A DNA stretch of 64,000 bases, taken from positions 35,092,001 through 35,156,000 of the forward strand of contig NC_083287.1 of assembly GCF_963506605.1 (NCBI RefSeq), read 5' to 3'. Of the stretch, positions 12,621-24,458 are shown piece by piece (within the stretch, counting starts at the first letter, position 1; the number at the start of each line of letters is the position of its first letter). Under the pieces are notes generated by a model. The model saw only the letters and a program-made list of their open reading frames with translations, searched no databases and was not told the DNA's origin. This DNA comes from Zootoca vivipara (Eukaryota). A program made the translations under genes and the position numbers.

Positions 12621-12795
12621 TTGGGTGAAGACTGGATATCAAAGTGATCTTCAAACTGCAGCTCCACTGCAGTCCCACAGGGAGAAATGATCGTCCACAC
12701 ACAATCAGCATGCGGTGGGTAATTGCCAGGATGGCCAGGTGAAGAGACAAATCCTGAGGGGTTGGACTGGCTGATATAGAAGTTCCCTCCACAAG
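12621..12795 (-). CDS. CUBN: CUBN exon (~44), CUB16 N-half: ACGGNFYISQSNPSGFVSSPGHP...FDIQSSP
   Basis: ttccag acceptor, AA|gtagg donor; 175 nt, phase 1-2. Confidence 0.93.
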
Positions 12796-13943
12796 CTGGA
12801 ATCAGAAGATGAGGAGGAGCTGGTTGAATACTATAAGGAATGTGTATAATAATGTCTCCTATTATAAACACACCAAAATGGATCATCTATGAGACTCACC
12901 TTAATTTTCTGGTATCATAAGGACAATACATGATACATTCTTCTGTTGTTGTTTTTGTATGTGTGTGTGTGTAAGTTTTGACATTAAATCGTTTATAGCT
13001 TTGGTTTTATCAGTTCTGCCCTTCCTTTCAAAATTAACACACAGATGCTCTCTTCATGAGTCATCCTCATGGAGGGGACTTCATACAATGATCACGGCAT
13101 GGGGCCATGCCACTGTCCCTGTCCCCTGGATGCATATGCATCAGCAATGATATATGCAGAGAGGAAGACCTGCCTGAGAGCAGTAGCTTGTGCATAGGTT
13201 TCTATGCAGTTGTGACACCTGCATGGTTGGGAGTCTCAGCTGCGTGGAAGTTCACATCCATGCAGATGTTCATGCCTAGCTTCCTCCCTGCAGATATCTA
13301 CACCAACACACTGACGTCCAGAGAGTGGGGCCAGTGACATGCCCAATGCCTAGGGGCAAGACCAGCGGCATGCCCTGCCCCTTAAACTGGGTCATTTGTA
13401 AAGGAGGCAAGTTTCTCCTCATATGCTATATGCCATAGAGACTTTGTAGCTGTTTCCCTACAGGCATTCATAAAACACCAACTGAGAAATATGCCAGTGT
13501 GGTCCTTCACCAGAAGTATTGGAAGAGGTAATGTGCAAATGAGGTCCAGGGATGTATTTTGACCAAGCTGGTGCTCCTCCACTCAAGCAAGGACCCCGGC
13601 ACTGAAGCCATGCTGAATTTTTGCAGTATACCAACAGCTATCAACCATGATGGCTAAATGGGCTTTCCAATGTCACAGACTCCCAGTTGCTGGGGGGGGG
13701 AATTACAGAAGGAGAGAGCTATTGGTTTCCTGCCTTGCTTGTAGGCTTCCCTGAGGCATCTGGTTGGCCATTATGGTATGACGGATGGTGGTCCAGATGG
13801 AGGTATGGTCTGAGCCAGTTGGGCACTTCTTAACCATTTAATGTTCCTGTCAATCATGGATCCCGACATAATTTGAGAACCACTGATTTGGAGTATCATG
13901 AATGTTTCGGTAGCCCCTGTTTGTATTTAGTGCCAATACTCAC

Positions 13944-14127
13944 CAAGACCCTTTGCCTCGTACTTCAGTTTGAAACCTTGCCCTCCATTACTGCTATCAG
14001 AAAGGAAGTGGACAAATAGCTGGTTGTCTGTGGTGTACATTGTAGAAAGGGAATTGCTACCACAAAAGCGTCCATTCCTGCTGCTAGGTCCTAACGGTGG
14101 GGCAGAAATATCTGGTCCATTCCTAAG
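13944..14127 (-). CDS. CUBN: CUBN exon (~43), CUB15 C-half: [23 protein letters not shown]...[11 protein letters not shown]
   Basis: tttttag acceptor, G|gtgag donor; 184 nt, phase 0-1; not in ORF track. Confidence 0.94.
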
Positions 14128-14752
14128 CTAAAAACAAAAACAAAACATTAAATGTGCAAGATGATTTATTTCGTTCTCACAACAAATCTATGAGAACAAG
14201 CTATTACTTCCCATTTTAAAGATGTGGAATTGAAATGGACAGGTAATCCAGGGGAGAATTGGGATTTTAACTCAGCTGCTTCAGGCCTAAGGCCTTTTAA
14301 GATGTCAGAAAGTCAATAACCCACTATAGGTTTTGTGTCTCAACCCATAAAATGAAAAGGGGAATGCTACTGTTTTATGATGGGAACTCAGGGCTAACAA
14401 GGAACCAGTAAGAAGTAAGCAAGCTCATTACTGGTCCATAAGGTATTCTGGACACAAGCCAGTTAAGGCTTTAAAGATGGTTTTATCCAATAACTCCCTC
14501 CCTTTAGCACATGAACTTCTGCCTGTGTAACAGAGTTTCCTCTCCCTCCCTTTTCTATGTGCATCCCAATCTGTTCTGGGGTTGAGGAAAACCTAGAACA
14601 GGTTGGAGGGGTTCATGTGGGGAAGGAAGAGGAAGGCCTTTGCTCTAATGGGATGACTTTATTGGATAGAACCACAACACTATAAACTGATGCTCAGAAA
14701 CAAAAGAGTAACTGGCTGAGCTATTTCAATATTACTTTCCTATTGTCCTCAC

Positions 14753-14943
14753 CTCAACATAATCTCCACGGCTGCAGGCAGCATCTTCATTTATCACCTG
14801 GAACAGCTCCTCAGAATGGATGCCAACGATGAAGCCAACAGTAACCATAACATGCCAAGAACAATTAAGGTTAGGAGGATAGGTTTGCGGATAGTTGGGT
14901 GAAGTGATCACACCACTGTCTGTGTACAAATAACCACCACAAC
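14753..14943 (-). CDS. CUBN: CUBN exon (~42), CUB15 N-half: SCGGYLYTDSGVITSPNYP...CSRGDYVE
   Basis: aacttag acceptor, GAG|gtgag donor; 191 nt, phase 1-0. Confidence 0.93.
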
Positions 14944-16561
14944 CTAAGTTAAAGGAATAAGACTCTGTTAAGGAAAGGACTGTTTACTTTTATTTTTATT
15001 ATTACATTTCATTCCTATTCTGTCCAAAACTCTGAAATCTCAGATTTATCCGTTTGGTGCTTCTAGCTCTTATAGAATCATCCTCACAAAAGCAGTGCAT
15101 ATTATGAGTCTGGGCCAAACTCGTTAACATACATGTTTTCAGGCTCAATTAATTCATTTGTAGGAGATCTTCTACTAGATCTTTGCCTACAGATTATGCC
15201 AGTCACTTTAATTACAGAGGCAGGGAATGGGATCCAGCTGGCAGGACAGAGCCAGAATGGCACGTTTCTCCATGGGCCACCTTGACAGGTGAGTGTGGCT
15301 GCCCACCTGTCAGCCACCTGATGTCATACAATGTCAGGTGAGTCTACATTGAGCCTGCGGTTTTCAAAGGTAGAATTGGGATGTGCACTCTTGGTGAACT
15401 CCCAATGCTTCCTTTGTGGCTCTGACCTTAACTCAATTTGTGGTTGCAAAAAAATAATCATCATCATTTGCAGTTGTGGCTTGAATTCACCCTGGGGCTA
15501 CAGCTGCAAAGGAAGGATTCAGAGCACCTTAGAAATATGCTCCAAATTCCCGCTTTCTGGCTGTGGTTCAGCACTTTTTGAATGTGGCACCTTTTCCTGC
15601 TGCTTCATGTACTTGAAGTTAAGTCCCATTGTGGCCAATGAGGCTCTTACTTCCAGGTAGCATGTATAGGATTGCTGCTGTTGTGCTTTTTCCACAATCA
15701 AATTTGTCACTAATATATCTTGAAATACAAAAATTTGAGAACTAATTCTCTCTAGAGCCAGATATTATGTGTAACATGTGGTGCTCGGTGCTTCAGCAAA
15801 GGTTTGTTTCATGATTCACTGGCTACTTGCAGCCAAACCTATCTCTCCCACTCCAGTTTGCTGCTGAAAAGCCAAACCTACAACAATTGGGGTGCTATTT
15901 CCTTGACATGGGAAGCGACAACTTCTTCTGAAGCAACTGTAAATGTTTGGAAACGTATGAAGGACTAGGCATCTCCTCTTGTATCATTTTAAGATTCTGT
16001 AATTTGATTATTCTGCTTCTCCAGGACAGAGGTACATTAAAAAATAATCATCTTGCAACAGTCTAATCCTGTTATCATATACATCTGGGTTCCTTCCTTC
16101 CTTCCCTTTTTTTCTTTCTTTCTTTTTTGCATTTGTAGGGACTTACAAAAATTTTTTTAACTACGTAAGAACAGTTGCACTGTTTTGTGGTATGCAATTC
16201 ATTTTCCTTTAAAAAGAAAAAAGAACCCACAGCAGTACAAAGGCAGCTTGCAAATCTTACCATAATAGAGAAATGTTTTCTTACTCTGCATTTCCAGGCA
16301 GATATCCAGGCAGATATCAACAACAATAATTGTGCAGTGGTTTTGAAGTTACACTTGAAAATTGGGTGAATTTAAGATTACATCTCAAAAAACATGCACC
16401 CTTGGGATTCACAACATTTATGTGTGTGTGCAGAGGATTATTGCCGGACAGGACAGGCAACAGTACAAAAAATAAAGATATTCTATAATCACTTCCTTCC
16501 AGTCCCCCCCACCCTTAAATATGCAAAGGCACTCAAAGAACAGTTTTAAATGACAACTTAC

Positions 16562-16708
16562 TTTTGTGGTAAGAAGCATTAAACCCAGCACCAGTAATAC
16601 TTGCATCTGAAGTGAAGTGGATGAACAAAGCATCCCCAGTGGATCTTATTGGTCCAGGAACTTCACGACCACATAGAGTGGCCAGGACTGGTGCAAGGCT
16701 GTTGTCTC
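16562..16708 (-). CDS. CUBN: CUBN exon (~41), CUB14 C-half: [25 protein letters not shown]...AGFNASYHK
   Basis: cccatag acceptor, A|gtaag donor; 147 nt, phase 1-1. Confidence 0.93.
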
Positions 16709-16878
16709 CTATGGGAAAAAAAGGGAAATTGCATTTTCATACTTCCATTACTTGTGAAAGAAACAGCCATGTTTTATTTGGAGAGGCAATGTTAGAGCTG
16801 GAAGTTCTCCGTTCACCATTTCATTGGTAGCTAGAAGACGGACTGGTTTGCATGCAACACTAAGCCAAACCATGACAG

Positions 16879-17320
16879 CATAGCTGCCAAGTACCCCATT
16901 TTCCCCGGGAAACCCCCGTTTTTACTTACCTTTTCCCGGTGGCCCCCCGTATCACTTTGTCTCCCATTTTTCTCCGTTATTTTCTCCTGCCGGCGGCCAA
17001 TTTTTTCCTGATTTGCCCTTCTATGGGCACAAAAAATGGCCGCCGGCTTCAAAAGTCGCATCTACGCATGACCGGAAGTGCGTAGACGTGACTTCCGGTG
17101 TCAGCGGCGGCCATTTTTGGTGCCCATAGATGGGCGGGCCGACACCGGAAGTTGCGTCAACGCACTTCCGGTCATGCGCAGAAGCTACTTTTGATGCCGG
17201 TGGTAGCCATTTTTGGTGCCCATAGAAGGGCAAAGCGACACCGGAAGTTACGTCGATGCAACTTCTGGTGTCACACGGCTGCCGGTCCCGGATTCTGGAG
17301 TCCGGGACTTGGAAGGTAAG
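16879..17320. mobile_element. CpG-rich hAT-like non-autonomous element; right end plus TSD tandemly duplicated to 17358
   Basis: Left end catagctgccaagt, right end acttggaaggtaag; 8-bp TSD catgacag (16871-16878, 17321-17328, again 17351-17358). Confidence 0.82.
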
Positions 17321-18010
17321 CATGACAGAGTCCGGGACTTGGAAGGTAAGCATGACAGTGGGAATCCATGAGTGTGTGGGTACTCACAATGAAAACCATG
17401 GGCAACTTTTTCCTCGCCATGTTTTCCTGCTGCGGAACTAATCAGAGCTAAGACATGGTTTGGCTTAGTGTTGTGTCAGACCCTAGGGTCATGGTTTGTC
17501 TCTCTGTTCAGACTTTGTGGCAGGTGCTTGGTGGCCTTTGGAAATACTTCTGTGTGGCATTTTAAAATGCAGTGGTATGGAGCTGCAACAATAGCCTCCC
17601 GGCAGCACCACCACAGCTACTTAATGGAAGAAGGAAGGGGGGGGTGAATTGGTGCCGAGGTTGAGGCTGTGTGAGTGCACCAGCAGAGCCAATCTAGCAC
17701 TCCTGGTGCTGCACCCATACGGCCCTGGGCCTTGCCTTCTCCATACCCTCCTCCTAGTAAGCAGAACTGACACTGCCGCTAGGAAGCTATTGCTGTAGCT
17801 CTGCTCCATTGGATAGCCCTATCTGATGGCAGAAATCTGTGAGAGTCCCCTACTAGAGGGATGAGCCCCAGCTCACCATGAGTCTAACACAATAGGGGAG
17901 GCAGAAGACATGCAGACACAGGAAGCTGGCAAGGATGAGAATTGCAAATTGCATAAACCAGGATTTCCATTTGCGGCCCACAACTATGGAAAGGTGCCAG
18001 TGTTTCTCAC

Positions 18011-18208
18011 CATCTCTCAGGACAAGTTTATCGTAGTTGCATGAGCTATGAGACTCAATATCCAAGGACAGGATGTTGATCTCCACTGTTGAGTCTGGCG
18101 CTCTGATAACCCATGTACAATCGGCAAAATTTCTGTAGTTTGAAGGCCAGTCCGGTGAGAACAGAAATGAAGGCGTTTCACTGGTTCTTGAGAAACCCCC
18201 ACAGGCTC
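18011..18208 (-). CDS. CUBN: CUBN exon (~40), CUB14 N-half: GACGGFSRTSETPSFLFSPDWP...YDKLVLRD
   Basis: atgtcag acceptor, G|gtgag donor; 198 nt, phase 1-1. Confidence 0.93.
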
Positions 18209-18580
18209 CTGACATGAAATAGAAAATCACGGGTAAAAATAAATTATTTTTTCATCCTGTTTAGTGACAACACTATTTGTTTCTCTTCCGTGTTTGTTTC
18301 TATGTACTGTAGCCCTCTAGATTGCTAGATTACAGCGCCCATTGATCATTGGCCATGTTGGCTGGGACTGAAGGGGTCCACTGGTGCCCTATCCCTGCTA
18401 GAGTATGTGTACATGTGTGTACAACATGTCCATGCATGTATTGGGCCCACCTAATGTCTTCTTGATACAAAATCAGGGCCTCCCCTGATTATTTTATTAT
18501 GTGGGCAGGGAGCGGGCCTCTGTTGCTCCCCAACAATTGGCCTTGCATTCTGACACTGAGGTTCAACGTAGCCTTTTATG

Positions 18581-18723
18581 GTGTGGTGGAGTCTCCTTCT
18601 TTGGAGGTCTTTAAGCAGAGGCTTGACAGCCATATGTCAAGAATGCTTTGACGGTGTTTTCTGCTTGGCAGGGGGTTGGACTGGATGGCCCTTGTGGTCT
18701 CTTCCAACTCTATGATTCTATGA
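18581..18723 (+). mobile_element. CR1 3' end fragment
   Basis: Near-identical to ~2240-2390, with attctatg tail. Confidence 0.88.
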
Positions 18724-19268
18724 TCCTCCATGAATTTGTCTAACCCGCTTTTAAAGGAATCTAAGGCAGTGTCCACCATTGAATCTTGTTGCAAATATAA
18801 TGTAACTGAGCTGTCGCATCTACCTGACAATTAATGCAATCCCTCTTACTGCCAAAACCACCTCGTATTGAACAAAAGGTTTACTATACAATAGGTAGCT
18901 AATCTTCAAGATAAATGCCACAGGTGGAAAAGGTGTTGGGGTTGTGATTTCCTAGGATATGAGTAGAGGTCTATGGGCTTAATTGTGTTGCAGAGTCAAG
19001 CCTGTCCTCCTGCTTCTCTGTCTTGTGCTGTGCTATCACCTGCTCCTTGATTCTGTATGGAAAAGCCAAGGCAACACTAAGCTGGCATGCGTACTGGCAT
19101 GTGCACTAGAACGGTATGCTCTCAAATGTTTCACTTGGCTTAAAAGCATGCCTGAAATAAAGTTGACTACCACTGAATGATAGCAGACTGACAAACATAC
19201 ACTTTCATTGTCTGCCTTCCTCTCAGTTGCTGAAACGAAAAGGTTATCCACACCGACAGGAGACCAAC

Positions 19269-19461
19269 CTATAGGAATGCCAGGTCCCACAGCTGTAGGT
19301 GCTTCCACCACATTCCAGTCCAAAAGGAAGCCCTTTCCATTTACAGAAAAATCAGAGGTGAACTGGAGAGTAACAGAGCTTCCAGAAGAGGTGAAAGAAA
19401 ACGGGGCTACACCACAGTACTTTCCTATGAGACGAGAGTGTGTGTTGGGCCCATCATATAC
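19269..19461 (-). CDS. CUBN: CUBN exon (~39), CUB13 C-half plus linker: VYDGPNTHSRLIGKYCG...EAPTAVGPGIPI
   Basis: ttgcag acceptor, G|gttgg donor; 193 nt, phase 0-1. Confidence 0.9.
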
Positions 19462-19620
19462 CTGCAACAGTGAGAATAAAGATTAGTAACACACTGATGG
19501 GGTTTTTTTTAGATGCAGAGTCAACATTTTTCAGGATACACTTTTCTGAGCAAATTTCCCACAGTTCTCTTTCTCACCCCCTGAGGAAAAGAAGGCCACT
19601 TTTCAGATTTCCCCCCAAAT

Positions 19621-20139
19621 TGTTGTTGTTGTTTAGTCGTGTCCGACTCTTCGTGACACCATGGACCATAGCACGTCAGGCACGCCTGTCTTCCACTGCC
19701 TCCCGCAGTTTGGTCAAAGTCATGTTCATAGCTTTGAGAACACTGTCCAGCCATCTCATCCTCTGCCGTCCCCTTCTCCTAGTGCCCTCAATCTTTCCCA
19801 ACATCAGGGTCTTTTCCAGGGAGTCTTCTCTTCTCATGAGGTGGCCAAAGTATTGGAGCTTCAGCTTCAGGATCTGTCCTTCCAGTGAGCGCTCAGGGCT
19901 GATTTCCTTAAGAATGGATAGGTTTGATCGTCTTGCAGTCCATGGGACTCTCAAGAGTCTCCTCCAGCACCATAATTCAAAAGCATCAATTCTTCGGCGA
20001 TCAGCCTTCTTTATGGTCCAGCTCTCACTTCCATACATCACTAGTGGGAAAACCATAGCTTTAACTATACAGACCTTTGTCGGCAAGGTGATGCCTCTGC
20101 TTTTTAAGATGCTGTCTAGGTTTGTCATTGTCATTTTCA
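19621..20139 (-). mobile_element. RTE-BovB LINE, 5'-truncated
   Basis: Open C-terminal ORF NLDSILKSRGITLPTKVCIVKAMVFP...YGSESWTIKKADRRRIDAFELWCWRR...; (CAA)n tail; TSD tccccccaaat (19610-19620, 20140-20150). Confidence 0.93.
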
Positions 20140-20474
20140 TCCCCCCAAATACTCCCCCCAAATACTCCCCACTTTTTGTGTTAGCAAAGACTTCCTGTTT
20201 GCTTCTGTCAGAAAGGTTCCCCCCCCCCAGGCATCTGGTTGGCTGCTGTAAGAACTGAATGCTGGTCTAGATAGGCCTTTGGCCTGATCCAGCAGGGGTC
20301 TTCTTATGCTCCTATGGTGGGAGGATTGAAGTGGTTGCATGTGCGGCCAAAATACTGTTTCAAGCCCCAGTCATTTTAAGTTGAGATCTAATAATCTGAC
20401 AGTTCCTTTCGCTTTGTGACTTATTTGTACCAGAGTTTACCAAAATAAAAAAAGTTTGCAAGTTCAAGCCCCAC

Positions 20475-20656
20475 CTTCAGGTTGTCAAAGTAGCAGCTAT
20501 ACACATCTTCAATATCCATCTGTGTGAGTTGCCCATGGACCACTTGTGTTGTGTTGGCAGTTATTGTCCACCGGTAGTTGGAGTACTGAGGGTAATTTCT
20601 AGGCCACAGTGGAGATGCAATTTGTCCACTGCTTCCCACCACAGTATTTCCAAACA
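20475..20656 (-). CDS. CUBN: CUBN exon (~38), CUB13 N-half: MFGNTVVGSSGQIASPLWP...CYFDNLK
   Basis: tttttcag acceptor, AAG|gtggg donor; 182 nt, phase 1-0. Confidence 0.92.
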
Positions 20657-20678
20657 CTGAAAAATGAGAGGTGGTTGT

Positions 20679-20716
<38 letters not shown>
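20679..20716. repeat. (CTA)n microsatellite, read as (UAG)n just upstream of a CUBN acceptor
   Basis: Direct reading. Confidence 0.95.
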
Positions 20717-21723
20717 ATGTTCTGTTGAATGATTCTGTTATGTAGGTAAAAGAGGGGAGATTTTCTTCGAGATTCTGTCCGCCACCAATTACTGCCTCCA
20801 ATTACTTGCCTTAAGTTTCATTTTTCCTTGCAAGGCTTTGCTATTTTAACTTAACAATAAGGTTAAAGATCCATAGATGCCTACATGCCCCAAAATTTAA
20901 GCATGTGGGTACAGCCATGGACAATGTGTTGGGGCTGCACAGCTCACCTGACTTTCCTCTAGGAGAGCCACTGCTGAATGGCAGGGTGGAGAAGGGGGTG
21001 AGGGTAGGTGATGGTGAGGTTGGCACAGTGCAGAAGGGAAATCCTGCCAGCATGTTTGCACTGTGCCAACCTTGCAGCTGCTCTCCTTTCCAGTACTGTA
21101 TGCAGCAGTGACTCAGCCGGAGGGAGGTCAGGTGAGTGGTGAAGCCCCACTATGCTGTCCACTCCTACCTGAGTGAAGAGGGACCCTGAGTTGTATCAGG
21201 GTGTCCTGATACAAAAGAGGGCATTGCTCCTGCACATTTAATAGTTGTATGGAAAGGGGGATTTCAGCAGGTGTAGTCTTGTTTTTAGAGTTGAGTCAGT
21301 GTACTAGTAATCCACCATTTTTTACTTTCTGAATTTTGTACGGTAGCTTTCCCCTTCCACGTTGCCAGTGCATACCTGCCACCTCTACCACAGACACCAA
21401 GGGCATCTGATTAAGAATGCAGCCAATGGCAAATCACATGCTCTTATTTGATGTAACCTTTACATTGCCTCTTCATATTTTATGGATTTTTGAATCCCAG
21501 GGGATTTATTTATCTTCAGTACTTATATCCTACCCACAACAGGTGTGTGTGTGTGTGTGTGTGCTAAGCTATCACAAAGTTAAGGAAGTTACATGATGCT
21601 ACATGCTCCAGAAGTGAAAACACAGCAATATAATCAAGGCATACGTCTACACATATCTTTCTTTCCTTGCTTGCAAATGATCTGTAAAGTGATCGCTTCC
21701 CTTTGAGTTCAATATTTACTTAC

Positions 21724-21929
21724 TGTGAGCAAATGTGGCCTGGAAGCCCCTTCCATCACCTGAGCCATCTGAGACAAATATAACCCACAGGCCATGTCCA
21801 GTGATAGACGTATAATTCTCCAGCAATGAGTCACCACAGAATCGTCCCACCAGCTGGCCACTGAAATTGCCTTCTCTAATTTCTAGGTAGTCCTTGGAGC
21901 AGTTGCCACTTGCTTCCACCTGAAAATCT
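21724..21929 (-). CDS. CUBN: CUBN exon (~37), CUB12 C-part: [21 protein letters not shown]...GFQATFAH
   Basis: aaaacag acceptor (phase 2 required), A|gtaag donor; 206 nt. Confidence 0.9.
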
Positions 21930-22501
21930 CTGTTTTCAACAGCAATGTGGGCACATTAATTGACTTAACAGTGCATGGGATAGAATATAAAATACAAAGG
22001 GAAATGAATGTTCTGCATCGACCAATGATCTCTCAGTGATTTCACACTTTTCCTCTTACAAGGGTCAGTAAAATGCTAATGATATTTAAGGGCTCCAAAA
22101 TATTCTGTATGAAATGGGATCCAGTCCATTTGCAGTGTAACGCATATGGGAAAAGTTATCAGTGAGCCTCATCACATTATTACAAAATGGCGGCTATCCT
22201 GTTATACTGTCTACTTCTATATCCTATCCTTTCCGTGGGTGGTATACAACTTAGTTTTACTAAGTGTAGACCCATTGAAATGAATAAACCTAGCTTAGTC
22301 ATGGTTGTCAGTTTCAGTGGGTCTACTCTGAATTAGTTGAATACCACCCATGGTATCCTGTTCACCCTATGTGCTATCATGCAGGGTTTAAGGCATCTGT
22401 TTACCACTCCACACATCTGGAAGGATGTGCTCTTCAACTGAGATGAACCAGCTTGCTTGACACACTGGCATTAGTAAGTCAATTAACACATGTTGGCTTG
22501 T

Positions 22502-22660
22502 GGATCCTGTGGCGTAATGCGTCAGTGCATCTGGATGTTAACCAGCAGGTTGGTGATTCGAGCCCAACCTGGGATGGCTGTTGGCAGGTTTCCTGCATTG
22601 CAAGGGGTTGAACTAGATGGCCCTCGAAGTCCCATCCAATTCTATGATTCTATGATTCTA
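22502..22660 (+). mobile_element. tRNA-derived SINE with CR1-like 3' tail; related truncated copy ~59695-59805
   Basis: A-box tggcgtaatgcg, B-box gattcgagccc, tail 'gggttgaactagatggccc...attctatgattc'. Confidence 0.7.
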
Positions 22661-23620
22661 ATCTAGACAAATGCAGTGTTCAGAATTCTTTCAATTTTAA
22701 GGAAATGCCTAATTTGGGTTTTTTCTGGGGGGGAGGTTCAGTGTTTATTTTGCTTTTCAACTGCATGAAACCCAAAGGAAAAGCTCCTTGCCATTTTAAA
22801 GGTTCTGGGTATATTTTTAGTTTTATTTTTTGTCCATGGGTGTGTATGCATTCCTTGCAAAATGCATGACTTCAAAAGCACATGCAATGGGTTCTGGCTT
22901 AATTGCTAAATGAAAGATGCTGAACTGCAATTTTGTCTTAAATCATACGTTTGCTCTTATACAGAAGTTGTTCTTTCTCATCCAAGGGTTTGTAGGGAAT
23001 AGTTGATGTTTCTGAGCAGGGATTATATAGGATTCTGCACATATTTACAGACCCTATTTCCTTAAGACACATTGGCCAAGTCTTATTGTGAGCATGGGAG
23101 AGGGGATTAAAAATTGGATCCTCTACATCTCAAAGTTTCACCAGCAACAATTTGGCTGACTTATTCATTCTTGAACAAATTGGCTTTGTCATATGTGTAC
23201 ACCAGGAACTAATCTGAACCCTGCATGCTAGGTAAACTGTATTTTTCCTGTATCAAAATTGTATTCTGTATTTCAAAGGTCAGCCATGAATAGAAAATCA
23301 AAACCAGAGTTTTGTATGGTTAACATGCACAAAATATCACTACTCAGATTTCCTTCCAGTTTAAGTGGGCCCATATTAAGTGTCTTCAGGGCACTTCCGC
23401 CCATCTGGACACACTTCGAACTCATTTAGAGCTTTTCTTTGGAACATGCTAGAGGAGCAATTTTGCAAGACCAATATTCAAAAGATAAATAGCTTTCCCC
23501 AAATAAAAAGATACAAAACTGATAACAGACACAGCAGATAATAACTGACATCTTAAAGACGGTTCAAAGACCTCCTACTACTTTGTGATTTTCCTTTCAG
23601 TTATGAAGAACTGGGAAGAA

Positions 23621-23624
<4 letters not shown>

Positions 23625-23664
<40 letters not shown>

Positions 23665-23680
23665 TGTGTGTGTGTGTGTG
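23625..23680. repeat. (CA)n followed directly by (GT)n, self-complementary microsatellite
   Basis: Direct reading. Confidence 0.95.
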
Positions 23681-24325
23681 ACAGAATGCTGTGGGTGCTG
23701 GCCTTATTGGCACATTTGTGGGTGCATGCCATTAGATTTAATTGCTTAGTGCACTAATGTGGATGTACTTGGTTTTTTGCCTAGAAGGAGTGTGCACATA
23801 GAATTTCATGATTTCCTCAAGGAGATAAGGATGAACTGCACCTGCTTCATTCCACATTGTACATTCATTTCTTACAACTGTGCAAGAGACTCTGGACTAG
23901 GGGGCGAGGGAAGTATTTGGGAATGAAATACCAGTTCAGTTTGGTAAATCATAGACATGTACTATAATAACTGCTTGATTAGTCTGGGATATATACATGT
24001 GTTTGTTTTGCAAGAGATCCTACAGAGGCAAAAGAAGGAGGATATCTAATAATCTCTCCTTGTTTCTGCTATGCCAGAGGAGTGGCATTTACAGCATAGA
24101 ATGCAATTGTTTCAATGTCTACCATGATATGCTCTCGATAATGCACGGCGGAAGAAACAGACGGCAGGCCCTTTATGGCCACTACTGTGTTCTTTTTCCA
24201 AGTTGTTGTTGTGGGCACCGCTACACTTCTGCATGCTGGTAATTACATTTCCTACTAAACACAGCGTTTCCTTCCTGGAGCTCCATTAAAAGGCTGAACA
24301 ATAACCCTTTGGAAATTCAATTTAC

Positions 24326-24458
24326 GTGAAAGACAGCTGGAGCCGGTTGCCAGGGGAGACCAGAATGTTCCAGACACATTCAATATTTGGCGGGTAAGGC
24401 TCAGGGAAGTTGGGGCTATTGAAGGCTCCTCTCTCCATATGGAAGGTACCTCCGCAGG
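24326..24458 (-). CDS. CUBN: CUBN exon (~36), CUB12 N-part: [19 protein letters not shown]...[10 protein letters not shown]
   Basis: tttgcag acceptor, AC|gtaaa donor; 133 nt, phase 1-2. Confidence 0.92.

Noticed and set aside
17030-17280. Repeat-spacer-like pattern resembling a CRISPR array
   Set aside because: Eukaryotic intron; the units are inverted subterminal repeats of a hAT element, with no unique spacers or cas genes.
19440-20258. 272-aa plus-strand ORF, the longest in the track
   Set aside because: It is the antisense reading of the BovB fragment, not a gene.
21915-21929. Stronger-looking acceptor ttttcag|GTG 10 nt inside the exon
   Set aside because: Would be out of phase with the upstream phase-2 donor.
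22502-22575. tRNA-like A/B boxes (also 1385, 35470, 59700)
   Set aside because: They continue into SINE bodies and tails and do not form full cloverleaves.
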